From IMG/VR virus record IMGVR_UViG_3300020043_005951, positions 1-53,664 of that record: DNA of 53,664 nt. One strand, written 5' to 3'. Numbering within the stretch: position 1 is the stretch's first letter; each line of letters opens with the position of its first letter. Below the pieces are notes generated by a model. That model was not told the origin of the DNA. It was given only the letters and a program-made list of their open reading frames with translations, and did not search any database. Shown piece by piece: positions 29,851 through 38,689 of the stretch. The position numbers and the translations under genes were made by a program. This DNA comes from a virus. Taxonomy: Duplodnaviria > Caudoviricetes.

Positions 29851-30120
29851 TTAGTGACATTCACCTGGGTTTGCGTCTGGAATCTTCATACGTTCAGGGT
29901 GAGCTTTTTGCCATGTTATAACTCGTTGTATGAGTCGTTCCACAGCTTCTACTTGTTCTTTTTCGGCCCCTTCTAAAATACAATATTCTTTGTAATATAG
30001 AAGGGTTCTAAGAAAACATTTGTCATGAGCACGGAATACTACATATTCGTCTGGAGGTATAAATTCTCCCGTCTCTGTCTTATGTAGTATTCCTGTTACT
30101 TTTGCATCAAGTGGAATCAT
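29851..30120 (-). CDS. hypothetical protein
   Basis: 89-aa ORF with VVFRAHD...KIPD pattern. Confidence 0.6.
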   Translation of the reverse strand: MIPLDAKVTGILHKTETGEFIPPDEYVVFRAHDKCFLRTLLYYKEYCILEGAEKEQVEAVERLIQRVITWQKAHPERMKIPDANPGECH

Positions 30121-30123
30121 GGG

Positions 30124-30915
30124 TTATGCTGCTGGTAGTGGAATGGGTGGAGTGTCTGGGTAGATCATGCCTTCTGGAGCGTAGATCACGTGGTTGTTAC
30201 CACTGAGTCGTACTTGTTGGTCAAGTGCTGATGGTGTGTTTTCGTTGCAACCATCACCGTCCCACTTGCCCCAAGAGTTGACTCGAATGTAGTTACCATT
30301 CTTCTTCAACCAAAGGCAAGTTGAGTGACCACCACCTGCCTCACGACCTGTGTAATTGTCACAGACTGTTTGTGAAACTTCATTGTTCCAAGTGATTCCG
30401 TCTTGAACAGGCAGACCAAGATCAAGTGCTTCGCGGATTAGTCCTGGGTCTTTGGTTGGTTTAGCAGCAACAAGTTTGAATGCGTAGTTAGGTTTGGGAG
30501 TAGGCTCTACGTTGTAGTATCGTGAAGGATACTGCCATTCTTTTGCTAAACACAAACCGTGGATTGTTGCGACTTTCTGACCACCGGATAAGGTTGATCC
30601 GAAATCACCACGAATGCCGTCGTATCTCTGGGAGAGGTAGTAGGCCGCTGCTGCACTAAAGTCTAGAATTTGTCCTGTCATCAAGAAGTAGCAGATTTGG
30701 AACATACGTGCCAAAGCGAAGCCTTGACACGCTCCTTGATTGGCTTGATCCAGCAATGTAATGATTGCCATTGGATCAGTGTTAGTATTGAAAGCAGGAA
30801 AGTTATCTGCTGCTGCCTTCAACATTAAAACAGGTTCCATTCCATTGGCTTGCAATAAAGCATTGTTTTCTTGCTCGATTGCATATCCTAGACTGTAAGT
30901 TGGTAATTGGGTCAT
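30124..30915 (-). CDS. papain-like (C1) cysteine peptidase
   Basis: DQ..QGACQGFA (catalytic Cys), GGHS (His), VNSWG.W (Asn). Confidence 0.88.
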   Translation of the reverse strand: MTQLPTYSLGYAIEQENNALLQANGMEPVLMLKAAADNFPAFNTNTDPMAIITLLDQANQGACQGFALARMFQICYFLMTGQILDFSAAAAYYLSQRYDGIRGDFGSTLSGGQKVATIHGLCLAKEWQYPSRYYNVEPTPKPNYAFKLVAAKPTKDPGLIREALDLGLPVQDGITWNNEVSQTVCDNYTGREAGGGHSTCLWLKKNGNYIRVNSWGKWDGDGCNENTPSALDQQVRLSGNNHVIYAPEGMIYPDTPPIPLPAA

Positions 30916-31718
30916 TATTTCACCATCTTTAGTGCTAGGGAAACTTCATTGAAGGCTTTGTACCAATCCTGTCGTGTGAATGTCTGTTTGGCTTGAGAAG
31001 CATCAAATGCTTTTCTTACTTCTGCTTGCCATGTTTTCCATTGCTGACATACAACTAAGTCAGGACAAGGAATTGCATTGATTTCTCTACTCATCCAAGC
31101 TAAGACGTTCTTATCGGGATTGGCGTTGTCAGCCGCATTTGGAAAGCTGATTGCCTTTAGTGTTGGATCACCAAATAAGAAGTTACCTGCTTGCTCATAA
31201 ATCTTTGCATATTTGGCAAGGGTTTCAGGATTACGTGGAGCATTCTTATAGGAAATCAGTCCGACTCCGTAGTCGTTAGGAACATCGGCTGGAGTAGGGG
31301 GAATTGGCGGAGGATTGGGGGGATTTGGTGGAACCGGAATCGGAGGAGTAAGAACAAGTTTGTATCGGTTGAAGAAAAATGGCTTCTGGTTAATCAATGT
31401 TACTTTGACTGTACCAGTGCCGTTTATCTGGAAGATAGTTGGTTCAATTGGGAAGAATGGGACTGGTGCATCAGCTTCATCTTCTGCAATAATCATTACA
31501 TTGCAGTAAGGGTCTTCTTTGTTTTCAGGATCAGCCCACTCAGTTGGAATGGTAATGATACCAACAGGGTTTGCTTTCAAGTTGCTGTTTGGAGCAACAT
31601 ACAACACTTTTCCAATTGTTCGGAAATTCGTTACTTCAGGGAGGCTGTCTAATACTTCCACTGTTTGCCCAAACAATGGACAACATAGAAGTAAGAAACA
31701 CAAGAGGGTTCTCATCAT
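30915..31718 (-). CDS. exported protein with Pro-rich linker
   Basis: Signal peptide MRTLLCFLLLCCPLFG-Q and PPIPVPPNPPNPPPIPPTP linker. Confidence 0.7.
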   Translation of the reverse strand: MMRTLLCFLLLCCPLFGQTVEVLDSLPEVTNFRTIGKVLYVAPNSNLKANPVGIITIPTEWADPENKEDPYCNVMIIAEDEADAPVPFFPIEPTIFQINGTGTVKVTLINQKPFFFNRYKLVLTPPIPVPPNPPNPPPIPPTPADVPNDYGVGLISYKNAPRNPETLAKYAKIYEQAGNFLFGDPTLKAISFPNAADNANPDKNVLAWMSREINAIPCPDLVVCQQWKTWQAEVRKAFDASQAKQTFTRQDWYKAFNEVSLALKMVK

Positions 31719-32455
31719 TTGGTTCCTACATAAAAGTTGCCGAAACGGTTCCAAGCCATATTTTGGGTCCTATGGCTATAACTCACAACAACTGTTCCAG
31801 GCACTAACTTGGGAATTATCTTCTCCATTAGGTTTGGATACAAATACATATAAACAACAGTTGCAATTGAGTAGTCATACTCAAGTGCATCTTTGTTAAT
31901 TATCTTCACATTAGGAATCCGAGAAGCTCTTGTTGCAAGTTCTGGGTTGATTTCGATACCAATTGAGAAACAACCTGATTTGGAAGCCTCTTTGAGAATT
32001 CGACCATCACCACAACCAATGTCAACAAAGATGTCGTCTTTGCTGAGTGGAACCAATTCAAAGATAAGTGGAATCAGTTCAAGTGGTGTTGGTTCTTCAG
32101 CAGCATCCTGAGAAATAATTTTGGGTTGGAAGAATGCAGTTGGTAGGGGTTGGTTGGAAGGAAGTGGAAAGAAGGAAGTGGGAGTAGGTTGGGAGAATGA
32201 TTGAGAGGAAGTGGAAGCAGATTGGGAAGATTGGAAGAATGATTGGGGTTGTTGGAATGAATAGGAATTGGTCGAGTACGTCGGTTGGTACGTTGGTTGG
32301 TACGTTGGTTGGTACAATTGGTTCCGTATCGAATTGCACATACGACAATTTGGATTCGAACACACAGGATGATTGTATGTACGTCCCCGCCATACTGCTT
32401 GTGAGTATACAGGGGTAGTAAGAAACAATAACAGAAGTAGTGTGAGAGATTTCAT
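31715..32455 (-). CDS. SAM-dependent methyltransferase with signal peptide
   Basis: Signal peptide, CSNPNCRMC, QPTY x3, then VDIGCGDGRI...GIEINP...ATVVYMYL...PGTVVVSY. Confidence 0.8.
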   Translation of the reverse strand: MKSLTLLLLLFLTTPVYSQAVWRGRTYNHPVCSNPNCRMCNSIRNQLYQPTYQPTYQPTYSTNSYSFQQPQSFFQSSQSASTSSQSFSQPTPTSFFPLPSNQPLPTAFFQPKIISQDAAEEPTPLELIPLIFELVPLSKDDIFVDIGCGDGRILKEASKSGCFSIGIEINPELATRASRIPNVKIINKDALEYDYSIATVVYMYLYPNLMEKIIPKLVPGTVVVSYSHRTQNMAWNRFGNFYVGTK

Positions 32456-32483
32456 TTTGGGTATTCACAGGTTTTATAAATGC

Positions 32484-32530
32484 AAAACGCCCGCTACGTA
32501 CATTATACGTAGCAGGCGTTTAATAGTCAA
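32484..32530 (-). promoter_or_regulatory. sigma70 promoter embedded in an intrinsic-terminator hairpin
   Basis: TTGACT (32530-32525), 17-nt spacer, TATAAT (32507-32502). Inverted repeat AAACGCCTGCTACGTA/TACGTAGCGGGCGTTT followed by T-rich tail. Confidence 0.7.
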
Positions 32531-32559
32531 TAGCAGAATTTTCAGGGAAGATAAACGAA

Positions 32560-32745
32560 TTACCTAACTCGACCTCCACATTTTATACAGTGTCCATCAG
32601 TTCCGTTTGCTTGTGCAGCAGATTGCACTTTCCCGCAATCCTCGCATGTCACATCAATATAGAGTGCGTGCAAGCCCCGTTTGATTTCTTCTTCGGTGAA
32701 TCCACGTTCACCTTCAGGAGCGTCGTATTTTGGATATTGTTTCAT
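32560..32745 (-). CDS. small Zn-ribbon protein
   Basis: CEDC...CIKC. Confidence 0.6.
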   Translation of the reverse strand: MKQYPKYDAPEGERGFTEEEIKRGLHALYIDVTCEDCGKVQSAAQANGTDGHCIKCGGRVR

Positions 32746-32945
32746 ACGTCTAGTTCCTTAATTGCGTCATCTATTTGTTGGCGAATTGGTTTGTTGATTT
32801 GTTCGATTTCTTTGATGAGTTGAAAGAAGCGTCCTTTGGAATCAGAACGGTCAAGTACTTCATTCAATACAACTGCTATATCAAGTATAGCAGTTTCAGA
32901 GAGTCGTCCGGATTTGAGAGCAAAAAGAATTTGGTCAGCGTTCAT
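32742..32945 (-). CDS. hypothetical protein
   Basis: 67-aa ORF with AAGGTGA RBS. Confidence 0.55.
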   Translation of the reverse strand: MNADQILFALKSGRLSETAILDIAVVLNEVLDRSDSKGRFFQLIKEIEQINKPIRQQIDDAIKELDV

Positions 32946-32954
32946 GATTCACCT

Positions 32955-33320
32955 TTAAGGGATTAAGTAGTTAGGGTCAAATTCGCCACATTTCTTGGTT
33001 CCGTAGTAATTGTTGAACGATCCACCACCTTCACTCATTACTCGTTTGAAATCAAGAACCTTTCCATCAGGAATTCTAATTAGCAATGGTCCTTGTGGTT
33101 CTGGTGGAGGAACAACGACGACCTTACGAGTTGGAATATCGACGCTTAGCCAGTTCCCGCAAATACAATGTTGTGGTGAATGACGGTTTACATCTTCCAT
33201 TACATCATCTGGTGCGGTTGATAGATCATAGTTAACACATTCACATGGGCCACTTTTGGTTTGAAACTCCAATCGCATACCACATTCACATTCAACTATT
33301 ACTGAATCGAATACTCCCAT
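32955..33320 (-). CDS. Zn-ribbon hypothetical protein
   Basis: MGVFDSV...CECG..EFQTKSGPC pattern of a common phage family. Confidence 0.65.
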   Translation of the reverse strand: MGVFDSVIVECECGMRLEFQTKSGPCECVNYDLSTAPDDVMEDVNRHSPQHCICGNWLSVDIPTRKVVVVPPPEPQGPLLIRIPDGKVLDFKRVMSEGGGSFNNYYGTKKCGEFDPNYLIP

Positions 33321-33326
33321 TGTTAG

Positions 33327-33575
33327 TTACCTTTGACAATTGTGACAGGGGCGTGAACAGGTTACCTTCCCGCACCGATTGCATTTCCTGGGGGGAGGGG
33401 CTGTATCATAGGGGATCATGTTGCGTAGTACGGAAGTAGGTATCAGTTCGAGTATCTGATTGGTTGTTGGATGCTTTATTTCAATCAGATGGTTGTTGGT
33501 ATTGTACCAAATGATGAAGTCTTCGTCAGCGTTGGTTTCCCAACCATCAAGATACTCGAATGATCGGAGTCTCAT
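33327..33575 (-). CDS. hypothetical protein
   Basis: 82 aa with C-terminal CxxC motifs and AAGGA RBS. Confidence 0.55.
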   Translation of the reverse strand: MRLRSFEYLDGWETNADEDFIIWYNTNNHLIEIKHPTTNQILELIPTSVLRNMIPYDTAPPPRKCNRCGKVTCSRPCHNCQR

Positions 33576-33598
33576 AGCGTTTTCCTTATTCGTGAGAG

Positions 33599-33748
33599 TT
33601 AATCTTCGATTAAATCATCATATCCATAGTTAGTGTCTATTAGTTTGTCTAGATCAGGTAACAATCGTGGTGCCCACCCAGGTGAGTCCAATACTTCATC
33701 AGGAATGTTTTCATCTAAGTGTTCGTTAAAGTCATCAAGAATTCCCAT
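33599..33748 (-). CDS. small acidic hypothetical protein (49 aa, not in ORF track)
   Basis: MGILDDFNEHLDENIPDE...DDLIED* read by hand. Fills the gap right after terminase. Confidence 0.45.
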   Translation of the reverse strand: MGILDDFNEHLDENIPDEVLDSPGWAPRLLPDLDKLIDTNYGYDDLIED

Positions 33749-33752
33749 GTTT

Positions 33753-35936
33753 TTATGCTCTTTGAGATTTGAAGTAGTCGTTTATGTCGATTGACTTGGT
33801 GACACGTTTTGATTGGATAGTGAATGATACTCGACGCATTGCTAATGCCCCTAGACAACCAACGAAGTTATCTAGCAGTTCATTGTCACCACCACCAGGA
33901 CGAGGTTCCCATAGAGTTACCTCACGTCCTGTCTTTGGATCAACGTCTTTATAGGGTTGCTCTGCTGTCAGATGCTTGCCTACAACTACGTGTTGATTGG
34001 GTCGTTCTTCTTTGTATAACGATGCTGCTCCTTCTGTGTCTGCTTGTTTTGCGAAACATATATGTGCTTGGGTTTTCATGTAATTAACATCATTAGTTAA
34101 TCGCATAAGGGTTCTATCATCAGTAGGTACTAGTACGCTGTGATGATACTTAATACAGGCATCTGAATACTTCATCTGTGCAATGGTTTTATCCTTTGCC
34201 ATGAAGCGTTGTCCTTGAGCAGGATGAGCATTAGGAACACCTGAATCACGAATTGCTTTGTATACCCAATCAGCATGATAGATTGAGTCGCAAAGAATTA
34301 AGTGGTTGGCGAATTCAACTCCATCTTCACGTTTGTATCGACGATTCGAAAGATTGATTACCAAGTCCTTGACCGCCAGGTACGTTACATCTTCTGGGAG
34401 AAGGGAGTGGCCTACCTTCGATTCGTAGTACGTTTGTAATGTATGACTTGTTTTTCCTTTCTCAGGGAATACTGGGAATGAAGGGAAGGTGTCGTAGTCG
34501 ATGATCTGTGGTTGGAGTGTATCAGGTGAAGATACTGTCATCCAAGTTAGGTATGGTTTGTTTACGTCAATGTGTGTTACAAGATGACGGTCTTTGACTT
34601 GAAGTTGATAACGAGGTCTGCTGTGTTGGTTATTGATGATCTGATCTTGGGTGCAATAGGTAATTGACCCATCAACAGCACTATGGGCTACATTACATTG
34701 ACATTCAGATTCGAAGACGTCCATACCTTCAAGAATCATAATGTTATAAGCGTGTTGTACTGCACTAATTTCAGTAGGTATCTTTTCACGCCATTTGTAA
34801 CACCATTCCCAAGCTGCATTAGCTCCCCTATCCATACGTTCACGATTATTCTTGTAGAACTCTAAAGCGTGTTTAGCGGCTTCAAGTTTACTACCAGGAA
34901 TAGTCTTGTCAAAATCAGTAAGGATTTGCTGATAAGTACCAAACCACATTTCTTCTGCTTCAGCATCAGCACGATCAATCAGCATCTTATAAATAACATG
35001 CTGCCAAGGCTCATTGAATAAGAAGTGATGGGTTACATCACCAGGAGCAATCGGAGTACCATTCATCATAATGCTGATGCCGGAGTCATGACCACCGGCA
35101 AGCATAATTGACTTCTTAACTAGATTGACAATCTTACGTGCTGTATTAGGATTCTCTGCTTCTTCATCGGTTTGAATGTCATCAAGAATTACGTGAGTTG
35201 GACGTTGACGAGTACCGGCAAATTCACCTGCTTCAATTGTATGGTAGATACCACGAACATTCTTACGTGCTCGAATGTCGATGATAGCACCAGAGGAAGG
35301 TTCTCCATCAATATAAGGGAAGACAATGAAACCTTGATTGTAGTAAATGTAGGTGTCTTTACCTTGATAGGTTTGGGACAGTGACTTACGAGGTTCCTTT
35401 TCAGTATGACGAAAACAGGCAATGGTTGCAGGATACAACTGAAACAGGCGATCATTAGAAAACAATTCCGTCATAACAGACGTAATGATTTCTTCTGCCT
35501 TCTCTGTATTACTTGCAACAATCACAAGGTATTTGATGAATCCTTGAAGGACACCCATGATTCCTTCATTGGTGGACCTAGATGTTTTTCCAAACGCTCT
35601 AGGTTCACACTTGAGAATATGAGTACCTTGTTGGACGAAGAACTGGGAATGCCTTACTGCATCTAATTGAGATTCAGATAATGGCTTAATCCCTGTAGAC
35701 ATTGGAAATATCTCAGGGTGGATAAGAGTATAATCTTCGATGTACCGCTGCCGTGCCTCTAGATTCTCTGGGGAGGGAGGAGGTACTAGACCTACTTCAT
35801 TGAACTTGTTCTTGATCTTGGTCTTAACTTTACGTTGTCGTTCTACTTCTTTAAGACGCAGATACTCAGCGTAACTGTCCACTGATGTTGTTGGATCATC
35901 AGGGACGAATTCTCCCCAGAAACTTTCTTTGGCCAT
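33753..35936 (-). CDS. terminase large subunit
   Basis: Walker A PRAFGKTS, Walker B VILDDIQTD, motif III NGT, C-terminal RNase H-like nuclease (HIDV...DNELLD). Confidence 0.88.
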   Translation of the reverse strand: MAKESFWGEFVPDDPTTSVDSYAEYLRLKEVERQRKVKTKIKNKFNEVGLVPPPSPENLEARQRYIEDYTLIHPEIFPMSTGIKPLSESQLDAVRHSQFFVQQGTHILKCEPRAFGKTSRSTNEGIMGVLQGFIKYLVIVASNTEKAEEIITSVMTELFSNDRLFQLYPATIACFRHTEKEPRKSLSQTYQGKDTYIYYNQGFIVFPYIDGEPSSGAIIDIRARKNVRGIYHTIEAGEFAGTRQRPTHVILDDIQTDEEAENPNTARKIVNLVKKSIMLAGGHDSGISIMMNGTPIAPGDVTHHFLFNEPWQHVIYKMLIDRADAEAEEMWFGTYQQILTDFDKTIPGSKLEAAKHALEFYKNNRERMDRGANAAWEWCYKWREKIPTEISAVQHAYNIMILEGMDVFESECQCNVAHSAVDGSITYCTQDQIINNQHSRPRYQLQVKDRHLVTHIDVNKPYLTWMTVSSPDTLQPQIIDYDTFPSFPVFPEKGKTSHTLQTYYESKVGHSLLPEDVTYLAVKDLVINLSNRRYKREDGVEFANHLILCDSIYHADWVYKAIRDSGVPNAHPAQGQRFMAKDKTIAQMKYSDACIKYHHSVLVPTDDRTLMRLTNDVNYMKTQAHICFAKQADTEGAASLYKEERPNQHVVVGKHLTAEQPYKDVDPKTGREVTLWEPRPGGGDNELLDNFVGCLGALAMRRVSFTIQSKRVTKSIDINDYFKSQRA

Positions 35937-35938
35937 GA

Positions 35939-37948
35939 TTATCCTTGGATTGTTAATCTCATTTGTTCAGCTAAGCGTTCCTTGAGACAAGCTACGTGAG
36001 TGGAGACGTTTGCACCAATACATACTGATTTGATATCGAGCATGTTTAATTCACGCATATCATCAAGTTCACGTTCAACAACCTTCTGTGGTAGCTTGGT
36101 GTATTCGACTAGTTGTGGAAGTGATTGGAAACCTGCTGCACACATGAAGCGGCTGATAACGTAGCGGTTACTGTTGGCGTCAATTATGTCACGTACCACT
36201 CTGGATATAATTTGCATTGTGTAGTCACTAACATGCGACTCACCTAGAGTTATTGGGATAACCATCGCAAGTTTACCCAGCTGACCCACAAGACGAGAAG
36301 ATACTTCGGCGAAAGGTTTATAAGCAATTTCTCCTGTACGTCCTCTTGGGACCTTTGCTCGCATGTACGAAGCTAGCTGAGCTTGTTGTATAATGTAATC
36401 TTGTTCGGTATTATTAAGAAGGATTACATCATTACGGTTAAGAAGCTCATTATCAATAAAGTTTTTAGCTTTAGAATGAATAGGTTTTTCAGGATCAGCT
36501 CCTGAAATAGCCATTGACATTGTACGTGCCATCATTCGTTTGGCAATTTCATGCCTATCGTGGTCGGAGACAGTAAGTTCGAAGTCAAGAAATCTATCAC
36601 CTAGTGCACTATTATCCATACCACGCAATGCATGGGTACCGCAGAATATGAAGGCGGATCGAATGTCGTGATATTCAAATGACACACGATTCATGTAGGT
36701 AACCGATGATTCTTTGTCATAGAAATCTCGTAATTCGCTCAATACTACAGCACAGTTATCTAACTGCAGAATCGTATCGGCATCTTTGACAATCAGAGCC
36801 TTTCCAGCAATCTTTGGAATTAAGGAAGCATCAGCAGGATTGTCGTCTTTCCAACCCGAAAATAGAGCCGTAAATTTCGACTGTACGACTGCTTGTTCAC
36901 TTGCTCCAGATATTTTTGCTAGAGTAGTTTTGGACGAACCAGGCGGACCCATTACACGAAACCATATTTGTTCTCCTGCGATTTTGAGGGCGTAAATAGT
37001 TGATATCATAAGAATGTTGAGCATATCCATATCAGAGGTATAGTAGTATACTTCTGAACAAGCAGCTTTTAAATCAGCATAGTTTCTACAAGTAGGATCA
37101 GCAGCGATTTCGTAGCTACTAGATAGCGTGCTCGCTCCTTGGACTTCCTTGTCGACTAGATTGGAACTAAGGAAGTCGAATGCCCCGTACTTGTTCTCGG
37201 CTAAGGCGTCGTTGACGTCGAAGCCGGGTTTCAATCCAGTAGGCCACTTGATTACCTTGATGGATTCAGGCTTGTTAGGAGCAGTCTGAATACGTTCAAG
37301 AATCTGATTAAGTATCTTGGTTCCTGCTTCGTCATTATCAACAAAGATACAGAGGTCTTTACCAGCAAAAGCATTACACCAACTCTGTTTGAAATTGGAA
37401 CCAGGAAATCCTAATGGAGATATTTCTCGATTGCCAATAATATCTTCAGCAGCATACTTATCCCATAGACCTTCACACAACCAAACTGTTTGATGGAGCT
37501 TGTCGCCCCAACCAAGCATAGTTGCATCAAGTCCAGTGACGTTGTAAATCTGATACTTACCGTCAGAACCTTTCGATGCCCGATACAAGTAGTTCAGATT
37601 GTTTTTGTTGTTGTATGATGGCAATACAAAGGAAGAAATCAAAGGATTCCAACGTACATTGTTTCTTATTAGGTACTGTACGTCAATCTTACGTTCCATT
37701 GCTAATACACCAACAAGTGATGTATCACACAACTTTTCATGAACCAGTTTAAGAAAGGTGTAGATGTTACCTTTCAACATACATGCTTTGCAGTCCCATT
37801 CATTTGTTGCTCCAAAGAAGAAGTGATCTTTCTTGCGACAGAATGGACAGGTACCCCGCCATTGCCATTTCTCTGGGGGAGTGGGAGCACCCTTGATCTG
37901 CTCAAAGTGCATGTGTGTGAAGTCATAGAATACATTGCGTTCACTCAT
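35939..37948 (-). CDS. primase-helicase (Zn finger + TOPRIM + P-loop ATPase)
   Basis: CPFC...CKAC, LCEGLWD, VDNDEAG, GFDVND, GPPGSSKTT and LGDRFL. Confidence 0.85.
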   Translation of the reverse strand: MSERNVFYDFTHMHFEQIKGAPTPPEKWQWRGTCPFCRKKDHFFFGATNEWDCKACMLKGNIYTFLKLVHEKLCDTSLVGVLAMERKIDVQYLIRNNVRWNPLISSFVLPSYNNKNNLNYLYRASKGSDGKYQIYNVTGLDATMLGWGDKLHQTVWLCEGLWDKYAAEDIIGNREISPLGFPGSNFKQSWCNAFAGKDLCIFVDNDEAGTKILNQILERIQTAPNKPESIKVIKWPTGLKPGFDVNDALAENKYGAFDFLSSNLVDKEVQGASTLSSSYEIAADPTCRNYADLKAACSEVYYYTSDMDMLNILMISTIYALKIAGEQIWFRVMGPPGSSKTTLAKISGASEQAVVQSKFTALFSGWKDDNPADASLIPKIAGKALIVKDADTILQLDNCAVVLSELRDFYDKESSVTYMNRVSFEYHDIRSAFIFCGTHALRGMDNSALGDRFLDFELTVSDHDRHEIAKRMMARTMSMAISGADPEKPIHSKAKNFIDNELLNRNDVILLNNTEQDYIIQQAQLASYMRAKVPRGRTGEIAYKPFAEVSSRLVGQLGKLAMVIPITLGESHVSDYTMQIISRVVRDIIDANSNRYVISRFMCAAGFQSLPQLVEYTKLPQKVVERELDDMRELNMLDIKSVCIGANVSTHVACLKERLAEQMRLTIQG

Positions 37949-38486
37949 GGGTGTCGATTTCTGTTACGATTGAAGGATCGTGGAAAGATAGATCGGCGTA
38001 TCCGTCTACTGAATAGCCGATTAGTTGTGCCAGTTGTTGGCGGTCATCATTGTCGAAGTTCATTACTGCAATGTCATTAAGACTTATACTTCCATAGTCA
38101 ATTAGATGACGGATGATTGCATTTGCTTTGAATCGGAGAACCCCATGTTCGTCAGTGACTGTTGGTTGTACCGGATGCTTTAGTGGATTGATTGGTTGGT
38201 AAGCGACTACGTCAACAGGGGTCGGTTCTGAATCAGCGTCAAACGGGTTGCCTGGGAATACGATTAGTGGTGGGTGGTATTCTTCAGATACAATTGCGAT
38301 GTATATTCGTCCTTGTTTGCGTAATGCGTCCCATTCTTCAGGAGTTGGTTCCCAACAAGAAATGATTAGAGGAAGGTCGTCAGCGTCACGACATACACAG
38401 ACTGGGAGTGGCATACATTCTTCGTCTGTCATTTCGTCGGGTTTGTTGAGGATGATGTTGGCTTCGGGGAATTCAATTGGTTTCAT
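37941..38486 (-). CDS. hypothetical protein (two fused small phage domains)
   Basis: MKP..FPEAN...ISCWEPT.EE domain followed by HPVQP...GVLRFKAN...Q.AQLIGYSV domain. Confidence 0.65.
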   Translation of the reverse strand: MKPIEFPEANIILNKPDEMTDEECMPLPVCVCRDADDLPLIISCWEPTPEEWDALRKQGRIYIAIVSEEYHPPLIVFPGNPFDADSEPTPVDVVAYQPINPLKHPVQPTVTDEHGVLRFKANAIIRHLIDYGSISLNDIAVMNFDNDDRQQLAQLIGYSVDGYADLSFHDPSIVTEIDTHE

Positions 38487-38689
38487 AATGCTTTGTCCTC
38501 TACTGTTACTACTTCGATATATCTAACTTGAACTACACTATTAGGAAGTACAACTAAGTCTAGTCGCTGCATTTGATCTACTATTTCTTGAAGCACTTTT
38601 TCTGCTGATAAAGATGTTTCATAATCAATTGTTGTTACAGCTCCACTAGTGTGTATAATTCGTATTCGTATTGGTTTCAAAATGGGCAC
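38483..38689 (-). CDS. hypothetical protein
   Basis: 68-aa ORF overlapping the polymerase stop. Confidence 0.5.
   Translation of the reverse strand: MPILKPIRIRIIHTSGAVTTIDYETSLSAEKVLQEIVDQMQRLDLVVLPNSVVQVRYIEVVTVEDKAL

Noticed and set aside
32275-32315. 12-bp tandem repeat GTACGTTGGTTG
   Set aside because: Explained as the coding QPTY x3 linker.
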